Positions 1-8,510 of a DNA stretch of 44,826 nt are shown here, piece by piece; the stretch's first letter is position 1; the number at the start of each line of letters is the position of its first letter. The stretch comes from Deltaproteobacteria bacterium (GTDB taxonomy: Bacteria > Desulfobacterota > Desulfobacteria > Desulfobacterales > ETH-SRB1). The DNA lies in assembly GCA_030606805.1 (NCBI GenBank), contig JAUWFS010000003.1, positions 1 through 44,826 of the forward strand, written 5' to 3'. The notes under the pieces are model-generated. The model had not been told where the DNA came from and searched no databases. It saw only the letters and a list, made by a program, of their open reading frames with translations. A program made the position numbers and the translations under genes.

Positions 1-155
1 GCATGTTCAAAGGACTTGGGGCCGGTTAGCAAAAATGTTGTATAAAGAATTTGTTGTGATTCTTTGCCGTATTTGTCTGCTTCCGTTTGTAATTCTTTGT
101 AAATTGGGTGGTCATCGGTTTTTGACGGTAATCCGACGATAAGGATGTCTTTCAT
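1..155 (-). CDS. Partial hypothetical protein running off the window edge (MKDILIVGLPSKTDDHPIYKELQ...)
   Basis: ATG at 155 preceded by AAGGA; frame stays open to position 1; not in the ORF track because it is truncated. Confidence 0.55.
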   Translation of the reverse strand, partial: MKDILIVGLPSKTDDHPIYKELQTEADKYGKESQQILYTTFLLTGPKSFEH

Positions 156-284
156 AGTGTTTTTTCCTTTATTTAGTGGGAATTTTAGAACATAACAATT
201 TAAATGTTAAGAAATAAATCAACGATATTAGCTATCCAAATATCATTTCTTGATTCCTATCGTATATGAATATGACCTTATTTT

Positions 285-393
285 GTGAGCGTTCACGTTG
301 AAATTAGAAATTGGAAATTTGGCCTTCATGCTTTTGTACTGTTCTTCCCAATTTCTAATTTCTAATTTCAAGTTTCAAGCCGTAAACGGCTAC
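285..393. mobile_element. Palindromic MITE-like element, family H (GTAGCCGTTYACG end plus heptamer repeats)
   Basis: Left GTGAGCGTTCACGTTGAAATTAGAAATTGG; right end reverse-complements to GTAGCCGTTTACGGCTTGAAACTTGAAATTAGAAATTAGAAATTGGG, matching 4840 and 15503. Confidence 0.7.
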
Positions 394-458
394 CTTGTTT
401 TTCATGAAAAAATAAGAAGTCCGTTAGGCCAGGCAAGCCATGTCATGAGAAATACGGA

Positions 459-1709
459 TTAATGCTTGAAGCTCCTCTGTCCTGTATAAACCATTGTAGC
501 ATCTGCCTCGTTGCAGGCTTCGATTGACTGATAATCATTGTTTGACCCGCCGGGCTGAATCACGGCGGAAACACCTTCACTTAGCCCCACATCAACACCA
601 TCCCTGAATGGAAAGAACGCATCACTGACCATTGCGGAACCGATCAGTCCGCCCTTTTCACTTGCAACTCTGCTGTCAATCTCTTGCTTTTTATCTTTAT
701 CTTTTAATTCATTATAAGGAATTTGATCCATCTCAAAGCAATAACGGTCAGCAAGCTTTCGATATGCTTTATCCCGTGCTATCTCGGCAACTCCTACCCT
801 GTCCTGTTCTCCTGTACCAATACCAACTGTAACCAGGTCTTTTACATAAATAACAGAATTTGATGTAACTCCTGACTCAACCAGCCATCCAAACAGCATA
901 TCATTATATTCTTTCTCAGTTGGCTCCCGGTTAATCCTGTAATTCTTCCCTTTGTATTCACACTCGGCTGTATTAAGATCATCTTTCGACCGGGCAGAGG
1001 GTACAAAAGACCACTGGGCGACAATACCTCCATCAATCAGGCTTTTGAATTCTACAAATCTCTGCCCGACAAAATCCGTCAATCTGTCTATATTGCCTAT
1101 CCTTATAACTCTGAGATTTTTCTTCTTTGCAAAAATATCCATAACCCCTTCTTCAAAATCAGGGGCAACTACAACTTCAGAATATTGTCTGTTAATTGTT
1201 TCAGCCGTCGCTCTGTCAATAGCTCTGTTTACAGTGATACAACCTCCAAATGCAGCGATTCTGTCTGCCATGTTTGCCTTGATATAAGCAAGCTCAAGTG
1301 TATCAGCCTGGGCTACTCCGCATGGATTGTTGTGCTTTACAATTACCACGGTAGGTTTGTCTTTAAAGTATCTCAGGATATTAAGGGAATTGTCGGCATC
1401 AGTTAAATTTGTCTTGCCCGGATGCTTGCCTGACTGCAAAAGCTCAATATCTGATGCCAGATACCGGCCTGGCTGTATGATTTCTGTTTCTCCAAGAATC
1501 AGGTTTCCATTAACAAGCTTGTAAAGAGCAGCCTCCTGTCCTGGATTTTCACCGTATCTTAAGCCTTTTTCAACATTATCTATAGTCCAGGTAACTTTTT
1601 CATAAAAAAGAGTCTGCCTTTTATCCTTGTCCGTAAAGCTGATTTCCATATTCGGCGTAAAATGGTCATCCATGATTGTCTTGTACATTTTTTTCAGATC
1701 TTCAGCCAT
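459..1709 (-). CDS. purH: AICAR transformylase (C-terminal half of split PurH)
   Basis: LRYGENPGQEA, VIVKHNNPCGVA, AFGGC, SDAFFPFRDG, IQPGGS and TGQRSFKH motifs. Confidence 0.92.
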   Translation of the reverse strand: MAEDLKKMYKTIMDDHFTPNMEISFTDKDKRQTLFYEKVTWTIDNVEKGLRYGENPGQEAALYKLVNGNLILGETEIIQPGRYLASDIELLQSGKHPGKTNLTDADNSLNILRYFKDKPTVVIVKHNNPCGVAQADTLELAYIKANMADRIAAFGGCITVNRAIDRATAETINRQYSEVVVAPDFEEGVMDIFAKKKNLRVIRIGNIDRLTDFVGQRFVEFKSLIDGGIVAQWSFVPSARSKDDLNTAECEYKGKNYRINREPTEKEYNDMLFGWLVESGVTSNSVIYVKDLVTVGIGTGEQDRVGVAEIARDKAYRKLADRYCFEMDQIPYNELKDKDKKQEIDSRVASEKGGLIGSAMVSDAFFPFRDGVDVGLSEGVSAVIQPGGSNNDYQSIEACNEADATMVYTGQRSFKH

Positions 1710-1738
1710 ATTTTATCTCCTTAATTTGTAATAGTTCG

Positions 1739-1766
1739 GCCACAAAGGCACTAAGACACTAAGATT
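1739..1766. repeat. Short 9-bp-period tandem repeat between the two purH halves
   Basis: GCCACAAAGG-CACTAAGA-CACTAAGATT. Confidence 0.5.
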
Positions 1767-1785
1767 ATAATTTTTTGAGTAACTC

Positions 1786-2457
1786 CTAATAACAGCTTGT
1801 TACATCGTTAGATGATTTAGAACCAAAAAAATCCGCAATAGTGCGGTCATAAACTGCCGTGTGTGCAAAAGCCTTTTGCGCCAGATTAAAACGAAGTTCA
1901 AGAGAGGTCTTGCCGTCATTTGCTTTCATTTCAGAAATGATTTTTTCATAATCCAATGGATCAACAACAGATGCGACCCGCAAAAAATTCTTTGCTGATG
2001 CCCTTATCATACAGGGACCGCCTATATCAATATTACCCCTGGCCTGCTCAACCGTTACTCCTTGTTTTGCAATAGTCTCTTTAAAAGGATACAGATTGCA
2101 AACAACCATATCAATGGGCACAGAACCGGTCCTGTTTAAGTCCTCTTTGTGGGCATCATTATAAGTCTCAGTAAGCAGTCCCAGATATATCTTGAAATCC
2201 AGTGTTTTAACAAGCCCTCCCTGGGTTTCCGGCTGGCCTGTATAATCAGAAACCTGGGTCAGGCATGATGAAGCTTTCTCCCTGAGTATCTCTTTTATCC
2301 TGCCGAATGTGCCGCCTGTGGAAAAAATTTTTGCATCGGGATTGATCTCAAGAAGTTGAGGTATCAACTTATCAAGCCCATGTTTGTCTGATACGCTTAC
2401 AAGCAAATGCTTTACCTTTACATACTCATCAATTTTTTCAACAACATTAATGCTCAT
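1786..2457 (-). CDS. purH: IMP cyclohydrolase, MGS-like domain (N-terminal half of split PurH)
   Basis: LVSVSDK, STGGT, GLVKTL, DMVVCNLYPF, NIDIGGP, SAKN, AFAHTAVYD motifs. Confidence 0.92.
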   Translation of the reverse strand: MSINVVEKIDEYVKVKHLLVSVSDKHGLDKLIPQLLEINPDAKIFSTGGTFGRIKEILREKASSCLTQVSDYTGQPETQGGLVKTLDFKIYLGLLTETYNDAHKEDLNRTGSVPIDMVVCNLYPFKETIAKQGVTVEQARGNIDIGGPCMIRASAKNFLRVASVVDPLDYEKIISEMKANDGKTSLELRFNLAQKAFAHTAVYDRTIADFFGSKSSNDVTSCY

Positions 2458-2462
2458 AATAA

Positions 2463-3182
2463 CTACCTTTCCCCTTCATATTCTTCTAAAAAACGTTTAA
2501 AAAAACGCTCCATGAAATCATGGCGCTCTTCTGCCATTTTTCGACCCTCTTTTGTCTGGATTCTGTCCTTAATTCTGGAAAGCTTTATCATAAATTCTCT
2601 GTAACCAGTATCATCCTTTGAGTAAGGTCTGGAGTCTTCTATGCTAACCTCAGGGCTGTGTAACCTTGCACCAATCTCACCTGCAAATAGAAATGCTCTT
2701 GCCACACCGACAGCGCCAATTGCATCAAGCTTGTCTGCATCAAATAAAACTTTTGCCTCCACTGTCTTTGGCGCATGATTTCCACGAAATCTATGGGATC
2801 TTATACAATGAATAACATTTTCTTTCCGGCTTTCTGAAAGGGGAAGATCCTTTATAATAGGCCATGCCATCTGCGCGCCTTTTTCAGCATGGCAAACTGC
2901 ACCGGCAGATTCATCCTGAAAACATCTTCCAATATCATGTAAATAGGTTGCAATAAGCAATACATCCATGTCAGATCCTTCTGCTGCTCCAATATGCTTG
3001 CTTAACATACATACCCGTTTGGTATGATCCCAATCGTGGCTGCCATTTGCGCCATCAAACATTTTTTTTGCAAGTAATTTTATATTCTCGACAAAAAAAC
3101 TTGAGGCAGCCTGACACCTATCATTAATTTCCGATTTAATCCTTCTCGCTGAATCAGGTTCCCTCATTCTATCTATCTCCAA
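2463..3182 (-). CDS. HD-superfamily metal-dependent phosphohydrolase; true start may be downstream of 3182
   Basis: SHDWDH, YLHDIG, HAEKG, SHRF and DADKLDAIGAVGVAR motifs. Confidence 0.88.
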   Translation of the reverse strand: MEIDRMREPDSARRIKSEINDRCQAASSFFVENIKLLAKKMFDGANGSHDWDHTKRVCMLSKHIGAAEGSDMDVLLIATYLHDIGRCFQDESAGAVCHAEKGAQMAWPIIKDLPLSESRKENVIHCIRSHRFRGNHAPKTVEAKVLFDADKLDAIGAVGVARAFLFAGEIGARLHSPEVSIEDSRPYSKDDTGYREFMIKLSRIKDRIQTKEGRKMAEERHDFMERFFKRFLEEYEGER

Positions 3183-3321
3183 GTACTAAATACCGCTTTA
3201 TTTTTAATATTGATTATGGTATCAATTTAATCAGAATTCTTCTAAACTTATATTTCAACACTATTTTGCATTTGAATAATTGTAACGCTTTATCTTTATG
3301 AAACAAACCGATTGCATATGA

Positions 3322-3520
3322 GCTTCAGGTATAATACATTCAAAACTCAGAAACTGTCTGAGCGTATTAGATATCGTTAAGAAAGAATCCTTTATAAAAT
3401 AACATTCTTTGTCTGGCTGTTTGCTCAATTACTAAAATTTCTTTATAGTTATGGCCGATTCTTTCTTTACGATATCTAATGCGTGAGTTTTTCATGGTTT
3501 GAATGTATTATACCTGAAGC
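3322..3520 (+). mobile_element. Nested-palindrome element with core B
   Basis: Perfect 23-bp outer IR (3322-3344/3498-3520); 27-bp inner IR with 2 mismatches (3363-3389/3457-3483); core ACTGTCTGAGCGTATTAG...CTAATGCGTGAGTTT. Confidence 0.75.
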
Positions 3521-3594
3521 GGATATATTTTCAAAAAGCTAAAGTCTTACTAATATTTTTACTGAAAATATTAAGCGAAAAGCAATATATATGC

Positions 3595-3640
3595 AACCTA
3601 AATTGAGCGATTTTTTACTCGACCTGCACCAATCTCTTGC
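3595..3640. repeat. Solo arm of the 36943-37111 element family
   Basis: AACCTAAATTGAGCGATTTTTTACTCGACCTGCACCAATCTCTTGC matches the reverse complement of about 37067-37111 with few mismatches. Confidence 0.7.
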
Positions 3641-3711
3641 TGAAACTCCAAAGCTGTTTTATTAAATTTTCACCTGAAATTACAAAAAAGTTTACTGATG
3701 AGGTAATCGCC

Positions 3712-3867
3712 ATGCCAAGCTGGAAATGCAGTAATTGCGGATATTCATTAGAAGCTGAAACTCCGCCCGAACAATGCCCTTCATGCAAAAAAAAATGCGA
3801 ATTTCTGGACACCACCTGTTATACGCCTGATTGCAAATCTGAAGGTGTTGACAAGAGAATCGGTTAA
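3712..3867 (+). CDS. Small rubredoxin-like metal-binding protein, 51 aa
   Basis: WKCSNCGY...PPEQCPSC plus extra Cys (KCEF, TCYTPDC); GAGG RBS before ATG 3712. Confidence 0.85.
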   Translation: MPSWKCSNCGYSLEAETPPEQCPSCKKKCEFLDTTCYTPDCKSEGVDKRIG

Positions 3868-3872
3868 ACATC

Positions 3873-4865
3873 ATGCTGGCGATTGGATTACAGGGAAGCC
3901 CTCGAAAAAACGGCAATACAAGTTATCTGCTTTCAGCTTTCATGAATGAATTGAAAAAATCGGGGGCGCAGATAAAAGTCATTGAGGCGGATAAAAAAAA
4001 TATTATCCCTTGTAAAGAATATTCCGTCTGTGAAAAAAAAGGATTTTGTCCAATCAATGATGACATGAACCCTGAAATTTATCCTCTGCTACGCCAGGCC
4101 GATGTTATAGTTGTCGCCACCCCTATCTTTTTCTATAGCGCTCCTGCACAACTGAAAGCGCTCATAGACAGAAGCCAGGCGCTTTGGGCAAGAAAATACA
4201 GGTTAAAGTTGAATGACCCAAACAGGAAATGGCGGCGCGGATTTCTTCTTTCTCTTGGAGCTACAAAAGGGAAAAATCTCTTTGAAGGCCTTCATCTTAC
4301 AATTAAATATTTTTTTGATGCAATCGGTGCAAGCCTGGAAGGAAGCCTGACATACAGACAGATTGAAAATTCGGGAGATATGGAAAAACATCCTTCTGTC
4401 CTAACTGATGTAAAAGAAAAAGCAAGCCATCTTATAAAACCGTTTCTCGGAAGAAAAAAAATTCTATTTGCCTGCCGGGAAAACGCCTGCCGCAGTCAGA
4501 TAGCCAGTGCTTTTGCCCAGCACCTTGCCGGCGATAAATTTGAAGTTATAAGCGGAGGAAGCAGTCCTGCCGGTAAAATTAATCCATTAATGGTCGAAGC
4601 AATGAGTGAAAAGGGGCTGGATATGGCCTTCCGTAAACCAAAATCAATTGAAAAGGCAGTTGCTGAAGTAAAGCCGGATATTATTATTACTATAGGTTGC
4701 GGTGAGGAATGTGCTTTTATGCCCGGGGTTAAAATAGAGGACTGGGATCTGCCTGATCCAACAGGAAAACCAATTGATTTTATGCGTAATATCAGGGATA
4801 AAATCGAAAACAGAGTTGTTGGCCTGATAAAAGATTTTGGTAGCCGTTCACGGCTTGAAACTTGA
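3873..4865 (+). CDS. Flavodoxin / iron-sulfur-flavoprotein-like domain fused to an ArsC/LMW-PTP domain
   Basis: N-terminal GSPRKNGNT, ATPIFF, LKALIDR; C-terminal FACRENACRSQ (CX5R), GCGEEC, DWDLPDP. Confidence 0.85.
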   Translation: MLAIGLQGSPRKNGNTSYLLSAFMNELKKSGAQIKVIEADKKNIIPCKEYSVCEKKGFCPINDDMNPEIYPLLRQADVIVVATPIFFYSAPAQLKALIDRSQALWARKYRLKLNDPNRKWRRGFLLSLGATKGKNLFEGLHLTIKYFFDAIGASLEGSLTYRQIENSGDMEKHPSVLTDVKEKASHLIKPFLGRKKILFACRENACRSQIASAFAQHLAGDKFEVISGGSSPAGKINPLMVEAMSEKGLDMAFRKPKSIEKAVAEVKPDIIITIGCGEECAFMPGVKIEDWDLPDPTGKPIDFMRNIRDKIENRVVGLIKDFGSRSRLET

Positions 4866-4887
4866 AATTGGAAATTAGAAATTAGGG
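4840..4887 (+). repeat. Family H element end, overlapping the 3' end of the flavoprotein-ArsC gene
   Basis: GTAGCCGTTCACGGCTTGAAACTTGAAATTGGAAATTAGAAATTAGGG. Confidence 0.75.
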
Positions 4888-5215
4888 AGAAATTAAAATA
4901 GAATTTCCTTACCACTCAGATAAGCTGTGAAAGAAATGATCTGCCGGCAACTCTAACCGGATAAGATGTCAAGACCATTACACGATATCCTGCGTATTAA
5001 CATCCGATTGCTCTGTAAAAATCCGCGAGTAGTGAAGGTCAAGATTTCAAAATTCAAACGTAAACGCAAGAAAGACAAATCATAATACAAAAATTTCGTA
5101 TTTTCCCATATTCTTTTTCTTGATATTTTTAGATGGTTACTCTACGGTATTTTCGTGAGTTTGTGTTGAGCTTTTCTCTACGAAACACGCATTTGTCAAC
5201 ATACGAGAGGAAACA

Positions 5216-5467
5216 ATGCCAACAGTTAAAAATATTCCTGGCCATTATCGGCTCTTCTTTTACAGTTTTGATTGTGCTGAACCAGCGCATGTTCATGTGC
5301 AACGAGAACGCATGGTGTGTAAATTCTGGCTTGATCCGCTGGTGTTGAGCCAAAATCATGGGTATTCTCCTCACGAACTGCGCCAGATTCGTAAACTGAT
5401 TGGAGGAGCGTATCTCAATTACATTATGGAGGCATGGTATGAGCACTGTGGTAAAAATATCGCTTAA
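5216..5467 (+). CDS. DUF4160-family protein (putative toxin-antitoxin component)
   Basis: MPT...YRLFFYSFD..EPAHVHV...KFWLDP...EAWYEH pattern; GAGG RBS. Confidence 0.85.
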   Translation: MPTVKNIPGHYRLFFYSFDCAEPAHVHVQRERMVCKFWLDPLVLSQNHGYSPHELRQIRKLIGGAYLNYIMEAWYEHCGKNIA

Positions 5468-5741
5468 AATTAAAGAAGTGTCTGTCAATGATGAAAGCAT
5501 TACGGCCTATCTGATGGATGGCAGGGTGATTAGTGTTCCTTTGGAGTGGTCATGGCGGTTGGCTGAGGCGACACCTGAACAACGCACCCATTTTGAGATG
5601 ATTGGCGACGGGCACGGCGTCCATTGGCCGGATATTGATGAAGATATTAGCGCAGAAGGGATGTTGTATGGAGTTCCTGCATCTCGTCCCAAACATCACA
5701 CGCGACCATCTCATAATACAAAAGACAGGGTCTATGCTTAG
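5439..5741 (+). CDS. DUF2442-family protein, partner of DUF4160
   Basis: LMDGRVISVPLEW..RLAEATPEQR...GVHWPDIDEDIS; GGAGG RBS before ATG 5439; overlaps the upstream gene. Confidence 0.85.
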   Translation: MSTVVKISLKIKEVSVNDESITAYLMDGRVISVPLEWSWRLAEATPEQRTHFEMIGDGHGVHWPDIDEDISAEGMLYGVPASRPKHHTRPSHNTKDRVYA

Positions 5742-5759
5742 GAATGGAGCATAGATGCC

Positions 5760-5865
5760 TATAGACTTTCAGATAATTAATTTCACTGTGTTATCAGTCG
5801 TCGACGTATAACTAATACGCCTTCCTCCTTCTGGCCTTGTGAAATGAATTATCTGAAAGTCTATA
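5760..5865 (+). mobile_element. 106-bp MITE-like palindromic element, family T (core A), copy 1
   Basis: 27-bp terminal IR TATAGACTTTCAGATAATTAATTTCAC / GTGAAATGAATTATCTGAAAGTCTATA; near-identical copy at 11752. Confidence 0.85.
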
Positions 5866-5888
5866 AATACCCTTAAAAAATCAGAGAT

Positions 5889-7370
5889 ATGGGTTTTGCT
5901 TTTCTTGAAATGGGATCAAAAGCAAATAAAATTCAAATCGTCATTATCTTATCTTTCTTTCTTATAACCTGCGGTTGTTTTTCTCATGACAAATACACTT
6001 ACGAAAGCATCAGGCAGGAATATGCAAAAGTAATATGCGATGATGCGTTTTCAACAAAAGTTTCAAAAACCGAACAATATACCTGTGCTTTACAAGAACC
6101 TGTCTCTTTGAACGATGCAATTCAAATTGCTCTTGCAAATAATCCTGATAACAAGATTGCCGTTGCCCGCATAAAGCAGGCAAAAGCTATGATCGAAAAG
6201 GCAAATGCTAACTTTTTCCCCTTTCTTGGATTTTATACTCAATATTCTCAGGGGGATGCACCATCAGGATATCTTTTCAAGAAGATTGACCAGAGACTGC
6301 TGCCTGCAAATGTAGATTTTAACTCTCCAGGCTGGTATGAAAATTATGAGACCGGAATTAAAGCAGGAATAAATATATTCAATGGCGGACGAGACATTTT
6401 AAATAAAAAAATCGCTGAAACCGTTTTCTCTATTTCTCAGATAGATAGAAAAAGCGTAGAAAACTCCCTTGTTGCCTCAGTAATACATACATACTATAAC
6501 GCTCTTGCCGCAAAAGAATATATTAAAATTACCAGGGACTCCGTATCAACTGTTAAGTCGCAACTGCGTCTAATGAATGTGAGGTTCAGAGCCGGAGGAG
6601 TTCTAAAATCAGACATATTATCCCTGGAAGTCCGTCTTGCTCAAGCCAGGGAAGACGTAGTCCTGAGTGAAAACAGGCTAAAAACAGCTCTAACTGCTTT
6701 TGCCGGTATTCTCGGTGTAAGCCCCGAAACTGAAATCAGACTTAAAAAAATAGAAAGCCGCGAAATCCCCTTACCAAATGAATACATTGCCGGTGTTGCC
6801 TATGCCCTTGAAAACAGGTCTGAAGTTAATAAAATTAAGGAACGTATCAAACAGAGCAGAATGGCTCTTGATCTGTCTCGTGCAGAATATCTGCCCAGAG
6901 TTGATCTGCAAAGCAAATACTATGTTGATGATCCTGAAATGGCTTACAATGACTCAAGAGACAACTGGATTGCGGCAGTCATATTTAACTGGGACATATT
7001 TACAGGCTTTAGCACAAAAGCAGAAGAAGAAAAAGCAAAAGCCAGGCTTGAAGAAATGCTGGCAGCAGATCTCAAAACCAGACTATCTGTAAAGCTTGAT
7101 GTTAAAAATGCCTACCTGAAACTGGCGGAAGCAAAAGCCAGGCTCGAGGTAGCGGAAAAAAGCGTGGCCATGGCTGAAGAATCTTTTAAGCTTGTCAGAA
7201 AACAATATGAAGGCGGCGCTGCTACCATAACACGATACTTTGAAGCCGAGCTTGCGCTTAATCGAGCAAAGACTCGAACAACGGCAGCTTATTATGACAG
7301 GGAAAAGGCTCTCGCGGATATTGGCAGAGCGGTAGGTTACTGGGGGAAGGTGAATAAAATCACACCATGA
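5889..7370 (+). CDS. TolC-family outer membrane efflux protein, probable lipoprotein; start may be 5910
   Basis: Hydrophobic N-terminus with Cys, SLNDAIQIALANNP, two OEP-like repeats (VIHTYYNAL, DVKNAY); first gene of a tripartite operon. Confidence 0.9.
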   Translation: MGFAFLEMGSKANKIQIVIILSFFLITCGCFSHDKYTYESIRQEYAKVICDDAFSTKVSKTEQYTCALQEPVSLNDAIQIALANNPDNKIAVARIKQAKAMIEKANANFFPFLGFYTQYSQGDAPSGYLFKKIDQRLLPANVDFNSPGWYENYETGIKAGINIFNGGRDILNKKIAETVFSISQIDRKSVENSLVASVIHTYYNALAAKEYIKITRDSVSTVKSQLRLMNVRFRAGGVLKSDILSLEVRLAQAREDVVLSENRLKTALTAFAGILGVSPETEIRLKKIESREIPLPNEYIAGVAYALENRSEVNKIKERIKQSRMALDLSRAEYLPRVDLQSKYYVDDPEMAYNDSRDNWIAAVIFNWDIFTGFSTKAEEEKAKARLEEMLAADLKTRLSVKLDVKNAYLKLAEAKARLEVAEKSVAMAEESFKLVRKQYEGGAATITRYFEAELALNRAKTRTTAAYYDREKALADIGRAVGYWGKVNKITP

Positions 7371-8506
7371 AAAACAAAAAAATTGTAATAATATTGTTGT
7401 GTTCCGTTAGTTTAATTTTAGTTTTCTTTGCTGTTAAATTCATTTCAAGTACAAAAATTGCGCCGGGCAAGTTTCAGGCTGCATCAAAAAATGATGTGTC
7501 ACCGAAAAATATTGGACAAGCATCTGTCCGGACTATAACCGAATGCTATGAGGCTGTTGGAACAGTGCGCCCTGTTACAGAAGCGAGTATCGAATCCCAG
7601 GTAACTGCTCAGGTTCTTGATGTCAAGGTCAGACCCGGCGACAAGGTTTTTAAAAACCAGCTTTTAGTATCTTTAGATAACAGACAGTTGATGTCACGTC
7701 TTGATCAGGCAAAACAAACCTTAAAAACAGCCATATCAGGAAAAAAACAGGCAAAACAGACAATAATAGCCGCCAGCGCGGCATTTTCAGAAGCTGAATC
7801 TGATTATAAACGTATAGAAATTTATTTTGAATCCCAGGCAGCTACCCCTCAAGATATGGAAAAAGCCGAATCAGCATTCCTTCAGGCAAAGGCGACTTTA
7901 AATAGAGCTAAAGAAGCTTTGTCAGCTTCAAAATCCGGAATAAAACAGGCGGAAGAAATCGTAAAGGAGGCGGGAATAGCACTTGGATACACAGAGATAA
8001 GAGCACCTGAAAGCGGTAAGGTTTTAGAACGTCTTGTTGAACAAGGAGATTTAGCCCTGCCCGGAAAGCCTTTAATTATACTGCAAACTACCGGCTCGCT
8101 CAGGCTTGAAGCATATGTACGTGAAGGACTGATCAAAAAGATTCAGCCCGGAACATTTCTTAAAGTAACAATAAATACTTTGAATGAAACAGCGACGGCA
8201 ACGGTTGAGGAGATTGTCCCTTATGCTGATCCGCAAACACGAACTTTTCTTGTAAAGGCATTATTGCCGCATATATCCGGAATATATCCCGGCATGTTCG
8301 GAAAACTGCACATCCCTGTTAAAGACCTCCAGGTTGTTGTTATACCAAAAATTGCCGTTCGTAATATAGGACAGCTTGAACTAATTACAGTAAAGGAAAA
8401 TAATTTCTGGAAGACACGTTTTATTAAAACCGGCAAAACTTTTGAAGATAAGGTCGAAGTTCTCTCCGGACTATCCGGAGATGAGACAATAGGCTGGGAG
8501 GAATAA
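7367..8506 (+). CDS. RND periplasmic adaptor (membrane fusion protein)
   Basis: N-terminal TM, VRPGDKV, coiled coil, YTEIRAPESGKV, ADPQTRTF, VEVLSGL. Confidence 0.92.
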   Translation: MKNKKIVIILLCSVSLILVFFAVKFISSTKIAPGKFQAASKNDVSPKNIGQASVRTITECYEAVGTVRPVTEASIESQVTAQVLDVKVRPGDKVFKNQLLVSLDNRQLMSRLDQAKQTLKTAISGKKQAKQTIIAASAAFSEAESDYKRIEIYFESQAATPQDMEKAESAFLQAKATLNRAKEALSASKSGIKQAEEIVKEAGIALGYTEIRAPESGKVLERLVEQGDLALPGKPLIILQTTGSLRLEAYVREGLIKKIQPGTFLKVTINTLNETATATVEEIVPYADPQTRTFLVKALLPHISGIYPGMFGKLHIPVKDLQVVVIPKIAVRNIGQLELITVKENNFWKTRFIKTGKTFEDKVEVLSGLSGDETIGWEE

Positions 8507-8510
8507 CTTA

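Noticed and set aside
285-5865. CRISPR array or integron cassette array
   Set aside because: Repeats are not regularly spaced with unique spacers; no cas or intI gene; no clear attC RYYYAAC/GTTRRRY boundaries
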